A DNA stretch of 63,967 nt, counting the filler, from Reticulomyxa filosa (taxonomy: Eukaryota > Protista > Foraminifera): the NCBI GenBank assembly GCA_000512085.1. It is 25 parts of 25 records of this genome, joined end to end, with 100 filler letters (N's around TTAATTAATTAA, not from the genome) between each part and the next. Parts side by side here need not be neighbours in the genome. Positions count along the whole stretch, not along the records: positions 46,034 to 53,330 come from ASPP01020067.1; positions 53,431 to 55,074 come from ASPP01023581.1; positions 55,175 to 56,449 come from ASPP01028988.1; positions 56,550 to 58,656 come from ASPP01007078.1; positions 58,757 to 59,832 come from ASPP01044669.1; positions 59,933 to 61,598 come from ASPP01033268.1; positions 61,699 to 62,804 come from ASPP01012438.1; positions 62,905 to 63,967 come from ASPP01004558.1; 17 more parts are not named here. The stretch is one strand, 5' to 3'. The translations under genes were made by a program, and so were the position numbers. The notes under the pieces are model-generated. The model was not told the DNA's origin. It searched no databases and was given only the letters and a program-made list of their open reading frames with translations. Shown here piece after piece: positions 52,031 through 63,967 of the stretch; position 1 is the first letter of the stretch, and each line of letters starts with the position of its first letter.

Positions 52031-53445
52031 GCGTCGAACTCAAGTTCAAGACCAAGAGCGAAAAGATGAACGAAGCGTTTGTTAAAATATGGCATATGAT
52101 ATCAACACTTGCAAAAGCAGTCCTTGCTCGTGAGGCCGTTCACCCTACGACGCAAGTACAAGAGTTAAGAGCACGTTGATGTCATTGAACACAAGCACTA
52201 CAAGTAGTATCGTCAAATTACCAAGAGCTACTTGTCATTGTTGTCACATCTACTCGTGTGTTTGGACAGCAGTTGGCGTGCTGGAGTTTTTGGCCAACTG
52301 ATCTGCGTCGACTTGGTCAATTTTCAATGAAGCAAGGCTCAAGCAACAAACACTGCTACGTGAGATTAATCGAGCGCTGCACCAACATCATTGAGTGCTC
52401 AATATCGTGTCAGTGACACAAGTGCCTTATTGTGTATACGCAGTGCTGCCGACGCGAAAGGCTGCGTTGGGTGTACGAGTGAGTTGCCATGTGTTCATGG
52501 CATCGAAAAGTATTATTGAAGAATTATTTACAATTTGTCCAACGAAATTCCAAATTCTAGAGCATGTACTTTTATTTAAATTGAACATAACCCAAATGTT
52601 AGAGAAGGCCAAACGTCTCATACTAAATCAAAATTGTCTTCAGTCGTGCATAGATCATTTGGTAACTACAACGAAGAACTGTTTAATATCGATTTGAATG
52701 CTTTGCAAATATGCATGGAACTTGATTGAGAAAAAGAGTGCTCTGAACAAAAATATTAAGCGAACGATAGTTTTATTTGAATCTTTTTGAAACTAATGTG
52801 GATTTGAATACAAACATTTATTGACGACAAATAAGTACTGATGCACAAAGCATAATTTAAATTTTATAAAATAATCATTTATATTAATTGCAAAACAACA
52901 TTATCCACATTACGAGCCAAAACAAAACAACGACATAGCAAAAATAAAAAAAAATAAAAACTACTAATTGTAAACAGTAAATGTCAACATTGAACAATGT
53001 AAAAAAACTTAACTTAAAAAATGAATGTAACTAAGTAGTCGCAGTTAACTAGAATTTAAAATTAAAATGTTGTTTCATACTTAAAAAACTAACTTATAAA
53101 AAAAATTACAAAAAAGAATGAAAAAACAAAAAAAAAAAATTAATCTAATCATTGCCAAGGGCGCCGCTTGGAACAAATTATTTTTTTTTGATTTTTTATT
53201 CTTTTTTGCTCCGAGCAAGAAAATGAAACTAAAGAAAAGGCACTGGAAAATGACAGGAAACGACTTGAAATGCTTCAACAATTGTTAAAAAAAAAAAAAA
53301 AAAATTCATTTTAATATCTTTCATCATCGANNNNNNNNNNNNNNNNNNNNNNNNNNNNNNNNNNNNNNNNNNNNTTAATTAATTAANNNNNNNNNNNNNN
53401 NNNNNNNNNNNNNNNNNNNNNNNNNNNNNNAAAAAAAAAAAAAAA

Positions 53446-54389
53446 CCTTGACTTTTTTCAATCAGGAAATCAACAAAGTGGACCAACGGACGGACCAAAG
53501 TCCTCAAAGTGAGAGAAGGGATGAGTATTTCCCAAAGGCGATGGAAAACAAAAGTATCTTTTTCGGGAATACTGGAATGTGTCAACACTTGATGCAAATA
53601 CGACGTCCCACTGCCAACACAACCAGTGATGAACACTGGGCTTTTGATCTGTGTTGTCTTTATCTTCATAAATATAAATTCATCAAACAGTACCGATATC
53701 AGCATTAATGATTGAAATACATATACCAATGGAGATATCGATACTATACCTTTCATTGTTATTATTATCATTTTTTTTTTTTTTTTTTTAATTTCTGTTG
53801 TTGTTGTCACGGAAAATCGGGAGAGGAAAAAAAAATTCTTTTTCATAACAAACGAAACTCAAAGTTCCCAAAAGACGATACATTCCCACAAATAAAAGCC
53901 AATGCCTTTGAATTCCCCATAGCCATGAACCCAAAATAATTCGGTTGCTTAGCAAATATAATGGCAGTGTGCATATAAAGTATACCAAACATGGCAAAAA
54001 TACAAATGAAAAGGCCAACAACACCATTGTCGTCTTTTGGAATTGCTCGGTCACATATTCAAAATCAACTCGTATTATCCTTCGCAATCTCTCTTGACAT
54101 TTCTTTCGCTTGCTTTCTTGGCTTTTACTCGTGGACGCTTGCTCGGCTTGTGATGTATCTGAGTCTATTGGGGACATGTTGGGTCATTTCAAACCGTTCT
54201 TGTCTCATCTCTTCCGACCCCTCCCCCCGTGTTTGGGAAATAAAGGAGGTGCTTTCGGAAACAACGCATACCAGGATTATATGGTGGATATGGATAATGG
54301 CCAATGTCATTGTTCAAGCGTTGCTGATTTTTTTGAAAGGTATTATATCCATCTATATGGTCTATCTTAGGCTCCTCTGAAAGCGACAT
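53446..54389 (-). CDS. Membrane-anchored sulfotransferase (Sulfotransfer_3-like), 5' exons, partial
   Basis: IKSPVFITGCVGSGTSYLHQVL resembles the 5'-PSB loop PIFIxGxxRSGTTxLHxLL, followed by RLWEILIPSL; hydrophobic segments upstream. Confidence 0.68.
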
Positions 54390-55174
54390 TATTGAGAAGA
54401 AATAACTAAAAAATTCAGTCACGTTGTCCCAAAACACAACATTTTCGGTAAGAACTGACAGGTGGAGCAATTGCAGATTACTTACAAAAAAGTGTTTATT
54501 TGAAATATATAAATTGTAATTAATTATTTTTTTTGGCTGTCGAGTTAAAAAAAAAGTATATTGCGTGAAAGTTTGTGTGAGGTATAAGAATGAAAACATT
54601 GTTGCACTTGGGTACTGCTTCATGCGTGGGGTAGTACCGATCAAATTGCATCGAGTGTTGATTTTAAAATTATTTTCTTTGTAAAATAGTTTAATTTTTG
54701 GAATCTTTGTTAATAATATTTAACCATTCTAAATTCTCTTTTGGATTAATACCTTTATTCTTTTTGATCCATTTTATCATTTTCCCATTGAATTCCTTTT
54801 GCCTTTGAATACAAAATAAATAGCTGTATGGTAAGTCCCTATTATACAGTCTCAAATACATGGAACGGTGGGACCCGGTGGGTTAAAACACTGTTCACAA
54901 AAACAAGTCACTTTTGTCTTGTTTCCTTTCTTGTGTTGCAATTATTTTTGTCAATTTAATTTTCTTTTACTGAAGTTGCTTTTTTGGAACTAAGTTACTT
55001 TCGTATTACACTTAGTCTTCTCAATATTCCTACAAGTTCAACATAATCTTTGGAGATCAAACAAGATAGATGGANNNNNNNNNNNNNNNNNNNNNNNNNN
55101 NNNNNNNNNNNNNNNNNNTTAATTAATTAANNNNNNNNNNNNNNNNNNNNNNNNNNNNNNNNNNNNNNNNNNNN

Positions 55175-56142
55175 TTTTTGATTGTAATTATATCTTTGTT
55201 TAAATTTGTGATTATGATGATTATGATGATTATGATTGGAGTTGTGGTTGTAATTGAAACAATGAATAGCATATGACTGTTGGACACTTGATTGTCTAAA
55301 TTATTATTTGAAGGATTCAAGAGTGCAAGAGGTCACTTCCATGTTTTGAGGGGCAATAATATTCGTAGGGTAATCGAGTGGGAAGATTCTTGTCTACTGT
55401 TCTCATTGCCTTTGCAATGGTCTCAATGGTAAGTACAAATCACACAATCAAAACCCAAGAAAATTACGTGTGTATTTGGCTTGTTTCGGTTTTGGAGTAA
55501 TTACATACCTAGTGTAGACGCAAAGAGGGCGGAAAAGACCAAGCGATTGACTGGTGTTAATGGACGTTTTCCACGTTCCATTGGTAACGCTGGTAAGTGG
55601 ACTGACAAACTGGTTTGGAAGAATGATGTGGAAATGTTCTTGTGCTTCTGTTGGGGACCTTCGGATGAGCATTTTCGACGCATGTGGCTTCGCCACTCCT
55701 CATAGTGACAGGATAGCTTTATCGATGAGTCGCTCTTTTCATCGGTCAATTTTGGCATATTTGCCCTTGTTACATTCGTTGAAAGAGAGGCCATTGTTAT
55801 TGCTATGATCGCTGCCAATATTTATTTGTGTATATATATAATTTTTTTTTTTTTTTGATAGCACAACATAAAGTATCAAGTAAATACAACCAGGCAAACA
55901 AAAATAAAAATAGTAATTGGTGGATTGCTTTCTCACCCTCCCTTCCATTGAAATGTTTGCGACGCAGTAACTGTTGATTCAATCAGAATAAAATGTTCGC
56001 AATGCTTCATTCCAAGTTTAATTCATTTTGATTAATGGTTGAAAAATCCATTACAATTTTTTTTTCTTTTTTATTTTCACTGGCTTGTTGTGTTGTTAAA
56101 TCTGCTGACAATTGTTCATTGTCAATATCAATATTATTATTA

Positions 56143-56174
<32 letters not shown>

Positions 56175-56449
56175 GATTGGCATTTGCGATATTATCAAAA
56201 TTACCCTTGCTTTCATTTATATAACCATGATTGTCAATATTGCTTATAAAAGTGACAATGATATGATTGAGATTCGAGTCCTCACTGTGATAATGTAGAC
56301 TCCTATCCTTGCACTCCACTTTCTGTGTCTTCATGCAAAAGGGTTCACTCTTCATTGCACTAATGCCACATTGCGATGCGTGCGTGCGTGCGTGCTGACA
56401 GGATACTCTTTTCGACAATTCAAACGATTTGATTGGTTCCAATTGTCTT
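55175..56449 (-). CDS. Internal exons of a low-complexity (Asn-rich) hypothetical protein
   Basis: Open frames with poly-N tracts separated by intron-like T/A-rich gaps. Confidence 0.35.
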
Positions 56450-57920
56450 NNNNNNNNNNNNNNNNNNNNNNNNNNNNNNNNNNNNNNNNNNNNTTAATTA
56501 ATTAANNNNNNNNNNNNNNNNNNNNNNNNNNNNNNNNNNNNNNNNNNNNAAAAAATTTTAATTTAACAAAATACAAGAAAAAAATATTTGTAATATTGTG
56601 GTTTGGCAAGTGTTATTCTTTTTTTAAAGTGCACTATACACTCATTGGATGATGCACGCTAACTTGTTTGCAAGCTTAGCGCTCATATAATACTTGCACA
56701 AAAAAAAGTGTTAATATGTCAAATGGAGTCATGACTACAATATTTCGTCTTTTTTAATTTAATTAAACAAAATAGTTTTCACTTTTCTTAAAACTTACTT
56801 TCCTGCTCCAGATTTTCTGCATTAACTATAAATTTTTTTGCAATTAACGGAAGCACAAATCATCAAAATATTTTTTGAATTTTTATTATTTCACAGGATA
56901 AACACTTGTTAAAAAACTACTGCACAGCTTCCAAAAGAAAGTGGATGAAAAACAAACAAATTAAATCTCAAAAATAAAGAAAAAGCAAAGCGTACATAAT
57001 AAATTGTATAAAACAAATGGCATTACTTTACATTTTATTAAAATAAAATAAAAATGTTACAAATATTTTTAGAAAGCTCAGGACAGAAGTTGTAAGTGTA
57101 ATACGACAGATACTTTATTGAGAGCAGTTTCCAATAACATAAAAATGAGTTAAATAAAGAATAATTAACAACAAGAAACTAAAGAAAGCAACAAAAGAAG
57201 TGAAAAGAGTTGTGAAGGAGTTTAACTTACTGGGACTCCTTATGCCCTTTAGAGTTCGGCTATCTACAATAGGGCTTGCCCTACATGCCCTTGATCATGT
57301 AAATCTCGTAATGTTGCAACGTGTGAAGGTTGAAGTATTGTTGAATATATTAAATGATATTATACTTTGCATTTGAGAATCTTTATGATTTATTTTCCAC
57401 CGTTTCACAGATTTATAAGTCTGCAACAGCAGGAGAAAAAAACAGACACAATTGTGAAAAATTGAAACAAAGATGTACGCAATATGTTTGATTATTAATG
57501 TGCGTCTTGGAGCAAAAACAGTTTTTTTAAATTAAACAAAAAGGCAGACACCAATAAAATAATCAATGGCTAGTCATGATGATTCAATTAAAACAATATC
57601 CAGCTCTAAAGAAGTGGATGTGAATGCACTATCATTGCAAAATCCATCGTCAATAGAAGAGCGAAAACAATAAACCCCAGTTTCCTTTGATGAGTTTAAT
57701 TTGTTTGAATGGGCTATTGCATAAAAAAGGCAACGATGTAAATTCTGTAGCAAGCGAGCTTTTGTAAAGAGATGGCAACAAAAAAAAAAAAACACACATA
57801 CACAATGTGTTGGAATAGAGGACAGCAAACAAAAAAAAGAGCCAAAAGAGGGAGAAGGAATAGAAAAAGAAAAAGAAAAAGAAAAGAAAGAAAAGAGGAA
57901 GAAAGCAAAGGAGACACAAG

Positions 57921-58164
57921 CATGGAAAAAGAAGACAATAGGATTAATTTGCTTGTGCATAATGATAGTGGACTGGACATTAATGAGTAAGCTCGGAGGA
58001 AGCTACGACAACCCGCTGTTCGTTCGCTACGTAGTGAACTCGTGCTACAGCATGTTGTTGATACCTTTTTGCGTCATCACGTATTCACGCAAAGACGAAC
58101 CAAACTTTAAAACGTGCTATGGCACGTTCAATTTGAAAACCAATTGTTCTGATGAAATTATATA

Positions 58165-58207
<43 letters not shown>

Positions 58208-58250
58208 ATTTTGTTTTGTACAAATCAAATCAAAATCAAATGATATTTAA

Positions 58251-58282
<32 letters not shown>

Positions 58283-58465
58283 AATGAAACAGATCGTGGA
58301 CTGTTTTTTTCACCACTCATCTTTACATGTCTCAGCATGTCTTGTGGATACATTTGGTATTTGTCATTGGAACATACCAACTTTGCTGTAAATAACACTA
58401 TTTATCAGAGCCAATGTGTTATGGTCTACGTATTGTCCGCCACTTTCCTTAAAGCCAAGGTTACC

Positions 58466-58500
<35 letters not shown>

Positions 58501-58656
58501 GTTCTCCTCTCTCTCCCCCCCCCTTTTTTTTTTCGTTTCCAAAAACATGAATGTACTACATACTTTAGCTGACGTGGCAAAAATCACTGGCTGTAGTTAT
58601 ATCCGTAGCAGGGGTTGCTTTGATTTCCTTCTCGTCGGAGGTCGGCTCTCTCTTTA
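57921..58656 (+). CDS. DMT/EamA-superfamily transporter, SLC35F-like (multi-exon, partial)
   Basis: YDNPLFVRYVVNSCY, CGYIWYLSLEHTNFAVNNTIYQSQCVMVYVLSATFLK, LTWQKSLAVVISVAGVALISF. Confidence 0.72.
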
Positions 58657-58756
58657 NNNNNNNNNNNNNNNNNNNNNNNNNNNNNNNNNNNNNNNNNNNN
58701 TTAATTAATTAANNNNNNNNNNNNNNNNNNNNNNNNNNNNNNNNNNNNNNNNNNNN

Positions 58757-59832
58757 GTATCATATCTATTTCTTCTGGGGAATAACAAAAGTCACCAAAG
58801 ACTCTTATTTCCCCATTCTTGTCTTGCAGACACTCCAATGTTTTTTTTATGAAACCTTTCGAATGAGTCAATCCACCTTCTGACATTGAATTCTATCGCA
58901 TTCATTACAGAGGTATGCTGTCAACACAAACCTCGATCTCAACTGGGAGCTTTGATAGTTTTTTTGTCGTTTGTTGCGAATTATTTCTTTTTTAAACACA
59001 GTGATCAGTCAGTTACATCTCACCTTTACATCTAAGAGATCAGCGCAATCTTCTTTTGGGAATCTTTTGCCATCATTGACATGTTAAGGTATCCTTTTCA
59101 AAAAAAGAATTTTAGGTAAACTCATATACTGGCCCAAAACTTCGCTGATATCTTCCAAAATGCTGTCACATATCAAAAAACTTGGAATTGCAAACTTGGA
59201 GTGACGCGTTCCAACTCCGATGTATTCATGTCTTTGGCATGTGTGGCTCCAAAGTAAGCCAATGATGTGTTGTCTGTACTGCCCTTGTTCAAATAAGACT
59301 GCCAATTGAAGTCGTGAGAATGGGCTTTGAAATGATGCAAAGTATTAATATATTTGGCGTCCAACGTATACTTTTTTGTCAAATCGTCAAATAAATTGCG
59401 CACGTGGATAATACTTCCAATCAGTGCCAGCAATCGTTCACTCAAAGCAAGTGTTTGATGTTGAGATGAGTCTTGCAAATGAATTGGAAGATATACAAAT
59501 GTCATCGAAATGTATGTTGGAAATTTTTAGTTCAATCAAATCTGTGACATATTTAAGTATGTAATTAAAACGCTGGTTGCCATCTTTTTTTTTGTCGCGT
59601 TGTGATGTGTCGCCATTATCAATAAACAAAACAAAAAAATAGGGGATATAAACGCACATCTCTCCCTCAAGCAAACGTATACGTAACAAAAGAAAAAAAA
59701 GAAAAGAAAGCTTACTTTGGGCCAATTGTAACAATTGAACTGGAGTTAAGTCATAGGCTAGCAATCGCTTAAAGGTTGTGTCCATTAAACAAATGACGGC
59801 AACACAAGAAGTAGAATAACATAAATGCATAT
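58757..59832 (-). CDS. Internal exons of a hypothetical protein
   Basis: Coding-like frames over most of the contig with short intron-like gaps; no family recognised. Confidence 0.35.
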
Positions 59833-60300
59833 NNNNNNNNNNNNNNNNNNNNNNNNNNNNNNNNNNNNNNNNNNNNTTAATTAATTAANNNNNNNNNNNN
59901 NNNNNNNNNNNNNNNNNNNNNNNNNNNNNNNNAAATAAAAAAAAATTAGGTATAAATGTTGATTTTTCATGGAGAAAATCAATTATCATCATAGGATATA
60001 ATTTTAGGCGTTCAGTTTTCTTTGCAACCTACTGTATATACTGTGGAAGCATCTTATTGTAAAAAGCAAATTCTGTATCTACATCAAAGTAATTTTGAGA
60101 TTTGCCTCAATTCTAATCATTTTTGAAAATTTTTTTCTTAAAATAACTTTTCTAAATTTTTGTTTATTGTTTTTACAAACTCTTATAAAAGTGTAAAAGT
60201 ATATATATAGTAAACCAGAAAAAATAATCACAATTTGCTACTAAAATTTTTGTTAGGAACACAAAAAGTTCATATTTTAGGTGTGTCTAAATTTTTTTTG

Positions 60301-61079
60301 TCGCAACTGTAATACCTCCAATTCTGCAAAAACCGTTAACAAATTGAGCACCTCCTTGTGAGCGATTAGTAATAATTATAGTTTGCATCAATCATCTTGT
60401 TGAACAGTATTACGATAACCAAATCAATATTTATTAGTATCATTATCAATTTATTACATTAAATCCATTATTTATTATAAAATATGTTGTGTAGCAGTTT
60501 TCTGCACATTTACGTATAATAATTATGTCTTTTTTCAATACGTAATCTAGCAAAACGTGCTGATGATTATTCACATCTACCATGCTTTTTAGGTAATTCT
60601 ACTGGCATTTTTGTAATATATATTACATGTACTACCGCCATTACCATCCATTATTATAAAACAAATGTAGCATCACTTTCTAATAATTCATTTAATAGTT
60701 CTACATGAAATTTATTATCACGTAAATATAATAATGTGTTTATAGGTTTAAATGATTCAAAATGTATTGACATTTTTTTTTTCTTTTCCATCATCTATCA
60801 TTACTGTACCACAATATAAACCATTTTTAGGTACTTTATTTATAGCTAATAACACAGATAAACGATTTACTCTTGATCTTATATTGACACTATTTCATGT
60901 CCATTTTGTAACATTTTTTGTATTCTGGATATTTGATCTTTTGGTGGTATTACTAATGATATTATTGATGTTCCGTTTCCTTGTGCTTGTGGCAAGTGTT
61001 TAATTAAATTTTTTATTTTCCATTGTTCAACAAGTATATCATGCTCACTTGAGTTTGAATCGTCTGCTTTTTTTGCCAA
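60301..61079 (-). pseudogene. ETF1: Eukaryotic release factor 1 (eRF1) pseudogene, heavily deleted
   Basis: [32 protein letters not shown], (N)[86 protein letters not shown] in place of ATG, plus frameshifts and stops. Confidence 0.92.
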
Positions 61080-63967
61080 AAAAAGTTATTTTCTTAAATT
61101 TTTCTTTAACAACAAAAACTTAAAACCCTTTTTCCAGTCCTTTAACAAAAAAAAAACTTTTTAAAAAATTATCTCTCCCAAAAATCCTATATTAAAGCTC
61201 TTTTATCCCAAAAAAAAAATTTCTTTAAAATTGAAACTTCTACCCTAAAAAGATATTCCATTATTAGTTAAGATACAATCATTGCATTCCTTTTTTCTCA
61301 AAACAGATATTGCTATTATTATTTATAAAAAAAGAGGTTTTTCTTCTTAAGAACAACAAAACTTTTTCTATTATTTAAGCATTTTAAAAAAAAATTAATA
61401 AACTTGTAATGTTTTTTTTTGTGGAGATACTATACTTTATTATCAGAGTTAATTCAAACAGAAATTCTATTTAATATTTGAAATATCATTTTTCAAAAAT
61501 AGTACTTATAAACTTTTTTTAAAAGATTCATCAAAATTTCAATTGTTTTGATTATATTTGAATATTTCAAAAGAAACATTGAAAATTGAAATTATTATNN
61601 NNNNNNNNNNNNNNNNNNNNNNNNNNNNNNNNNNNNNNNNNNTTAATTAATTAANNNNNNNNNNNNNNNNNNNNNNNNNNNNNNNNNNNNNNNNNNNNTT
61701 TTTTCTTTCAAATCGTACAGGATACACTTGCACTCAACTTCATCAAATGAGCATCTTTCCCGGTTGTTGTCGTTGTAATGCGCGTGAATTCCTCAGACAA
61801 TGCTTCTTTTTCCGATACTATTCGAATCTCTCGGATTGGATTTGTACACGCTGTACGTTCACACCCAAAAAAACAAAACAACATACTGGTTTTATTGCAG
61901 TACTTTTGGTCAGAACGGTACGAAGTTATCAGAGTACAACAATAACTAACCATCATCTACAATGGGGATAATACAATTTTTATCCAAGCCTACTGTGATG
62001 AAATATTCCACCAACCGCTGATGATTCGAGCACATTGCCGTTTTTCGGGCAGATCGCGCTCCCTAATTTTTTCTGTACAAACACAAACGACTCAAAACAC
62101 TGTCAGTTGCAAAAAATTAACAAAATAACTTTTCTACTCACTCGTTTTAATTTAGAAATAACATTGACAACAATCACATTACATTTTTATAGAATTCCAC
62201 AAAATTTCCTTGAAGGCACAAAACCATTTCAAAAATGTAAAAATTTCGCAAAGTTTTTCAATATTTTTAAAAAAATTTGAACAAAAAAACAAACATATTT
62301 TTCAGGAAGTCTCAGTCCTTTGTGCTCTGTGCTGTTACTAAAAGATGTTGTTAAAATTTTTTTAAAACGAGCTGGAAAACAAGTTTGTTAATTTGGGTGC
62401 GCACATTCAAAAAAACTGAAGAACAAAATAAAATGTCTGATCTATTATCAATTGTCTCATGCCTCAATGTGAAACTTTTTTTTTTTTTGGAGTCCATGGA
62501 CTGGATTTCCTTCGGCAGTGTGTCAAAAGTAGCGTTAAATGATTTGTTTGACTTTTTGCGTTCAAGTCTAACAGTACACAAATACGGGAACGATGTTGCT
62601 GGAATTGCTTTAAAGCAATGGTTTTCTGCACCTTTCAATCCTTCTATTTTTGTGCTGCATCGCCTAAGAAAAAGTTGATTTCCAAAATAGTTCAATCAAA
62701 CAAAAAGCTAGGAATGAGCCTAACATTATTGTGTATATACGATAATAATGCACATATATGTATATGGATATTGTAACGACAAGACGAACAGTACATGTCA
62801 AAAANNNNNNNNNNNNNNNNNNNNNNNNNNNNNNNNNNNNNNNNNNNNTTAATTAATTAANNNNNNNNNNNNNNNNNNNNNNNNNNNNNNNNNNNNNNNN
62901 NNNNCTTACCACTATTCCTGGCAAAAAAGGCTTCGAGTATTATCTTCTGCCGTCATATAGGAGTAGGTGACAAGAAGACGAAAAAGAAAAAGCAAAGGAG
63001 GAAGAAGTAGAGTCTGACTCCAATTAAGCCAATGAGAACAAAAATGCAGTAATATTGGTGATTGGAAGTTAGGAAGATGTGCAAATTCTTTGGCCACGAA
63101 ATTAACAAAGGACTCCAAAAAAGGACAGAAAAAGAAGATACGAATGAAAATGAAGAAGATACCAACAACGATGACAATGATAATTGTAATGCCATTTGTT
63201 GTTTCATTTTTGGATACAAATTTCATCAATTGACAATAGTAGCGTTGTTGGAATTGAATTATCAACATTTAATGACATTAAAATATTTAAATTATTTTAT
63301 ATTGTGCTTTGCGTATAGACAATAACAAGAATGATGATTGATTAAAAAATAAGGAAATAGTAAAAAGCATGACATTAATCTGTATCAAACAATAATTTTT
63401 TCAATTTACGAATCTCAATGTTTGGGAACTTCTTTTTAACCATAAAGTTTATCACCCACCCCATCCTAATCCGAAGTATAGTGATTGTAAACGTATTTGA
63501 TGTGTCTTGACGTTTCCATGTAACAATTAACATAAGAGAGTATGTATTTTCCTCCATGTTGTGACAATCGATGGAGCAGCTTATCGACTATTTTTTTATT
63601 TTCTTCAAAGGCTTCATTGCAATGATGATTAACATATTTCACTGCATTTATTTCAAAATTTTTCAATCTTAAAAAAACTTGAAACATATTGTCAATCATT
63701 TTCTTCTTTGCTCAGTTTTTATTTTTGTTTGGTTTGATTAAAACATTCCAATTCCATAGTTGTGTCAAGTGGTGAATGAGTGCACAGCCAATTTTCGTTA
63801 AATCAATTTCTTTTCTTCTTGGTACCACGTGATATTTTTTGTTTGTTTTTGAGACAATTGAGATCAGAATAAGCACTTGTTCCGTCATCGCATTATTTCT
63901 TGATTTTTTTTCAAACCTTTTTTTTGCGATACATGATTGATATTAACAGATTTTAGTGTTGTGTATG

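Larger units (their letters stand above)
6682..60036. repeat. Dispersed repeat family shared between contigs: 6682-6730 ~ 42012-42060 (48/49); 41456-41490 = 60002-60036; diverged inverted copy ~57080-57225 of ~41900-42030
   Basis: Direct sequence matches; several copies sit at or near contig ends. Confidence 0.75.

Noticed and set aside
10122-54389. PAPS transporter and sulfotransferase in one window as a sulfation cluster
   Set aside because: They are on different, unlinked contigs.
60301-61079. Altered eRF1 motifs as evidence of a variant genetic code
   Set aside because: The copy is a pseudogene (GGQ destroyed, frameshifts), and intact genes in the window have no in-frame stops needing reassignment.
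61830-61870. WICTRCTF, half of a RanBP2-type zinc finger
   Set aside because: The second Cys pair is not found in frame; insufficient support.

Overview
This window is not one locus. It is 25 unordered contigs joined by 24 identical artificial 100-bp linkers (N44-TTAATTAATTAA-N44), so adjacency across linkers has no biological meaning. About 22 contigs come from an AT-rich, intron-rich protist with short GT-AG introns, many decayed pseudogenes and repeat-rich WD40/TPR genes. The style strongly suggests a foraminiferan such as Reticulomyxa, but that is an inference. Three contigs are bacterial and appear to come from three different organisms: an AT-rich Rickettsiales-like piece (ankyrin protein + yciB, 1-2801), a very GC-rich type I PKS KS-AT fragment (25247-26697) and a gammaproteobacterial spc operon piece (rplF-rplR-rpsE-rpmD, 44883-45933). 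Recognisable eukaryotic genes are CLP1, a Siw14/PFA-DSP phosphatase, DTD1, a PAPST1-like transporter, a GH53-like protein, MOB4, USO1/p115, UEV/MMS2, two WD40 paralogues, a sulfotransferase, an SLC35F-like transporter, a kinase and a SAM protein. Pseudogenes include eRF1, a CAP-Gly protein and a DEP-flavoprotein reductase. The best leads are (1) a Ubl/PB1-like + caspase-fold (catalytic Cys to Tyr) + unknown domain + ~12 TPR gene resembling a sensor-effector immune/death receptor, (2) a non-canonical telomere-like array (GCCCTAA)7, i.e. TTAGGGC, at a contig end, (3) a DEP domain fused to a mercuric-reductase-like enzyme, and (4) a conserved single-exon N-terminal module on the WD40 paralogues. 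Several otherwise intact genes have 1-2 nt indels at homopolymer runs, most likely sequencing errors.
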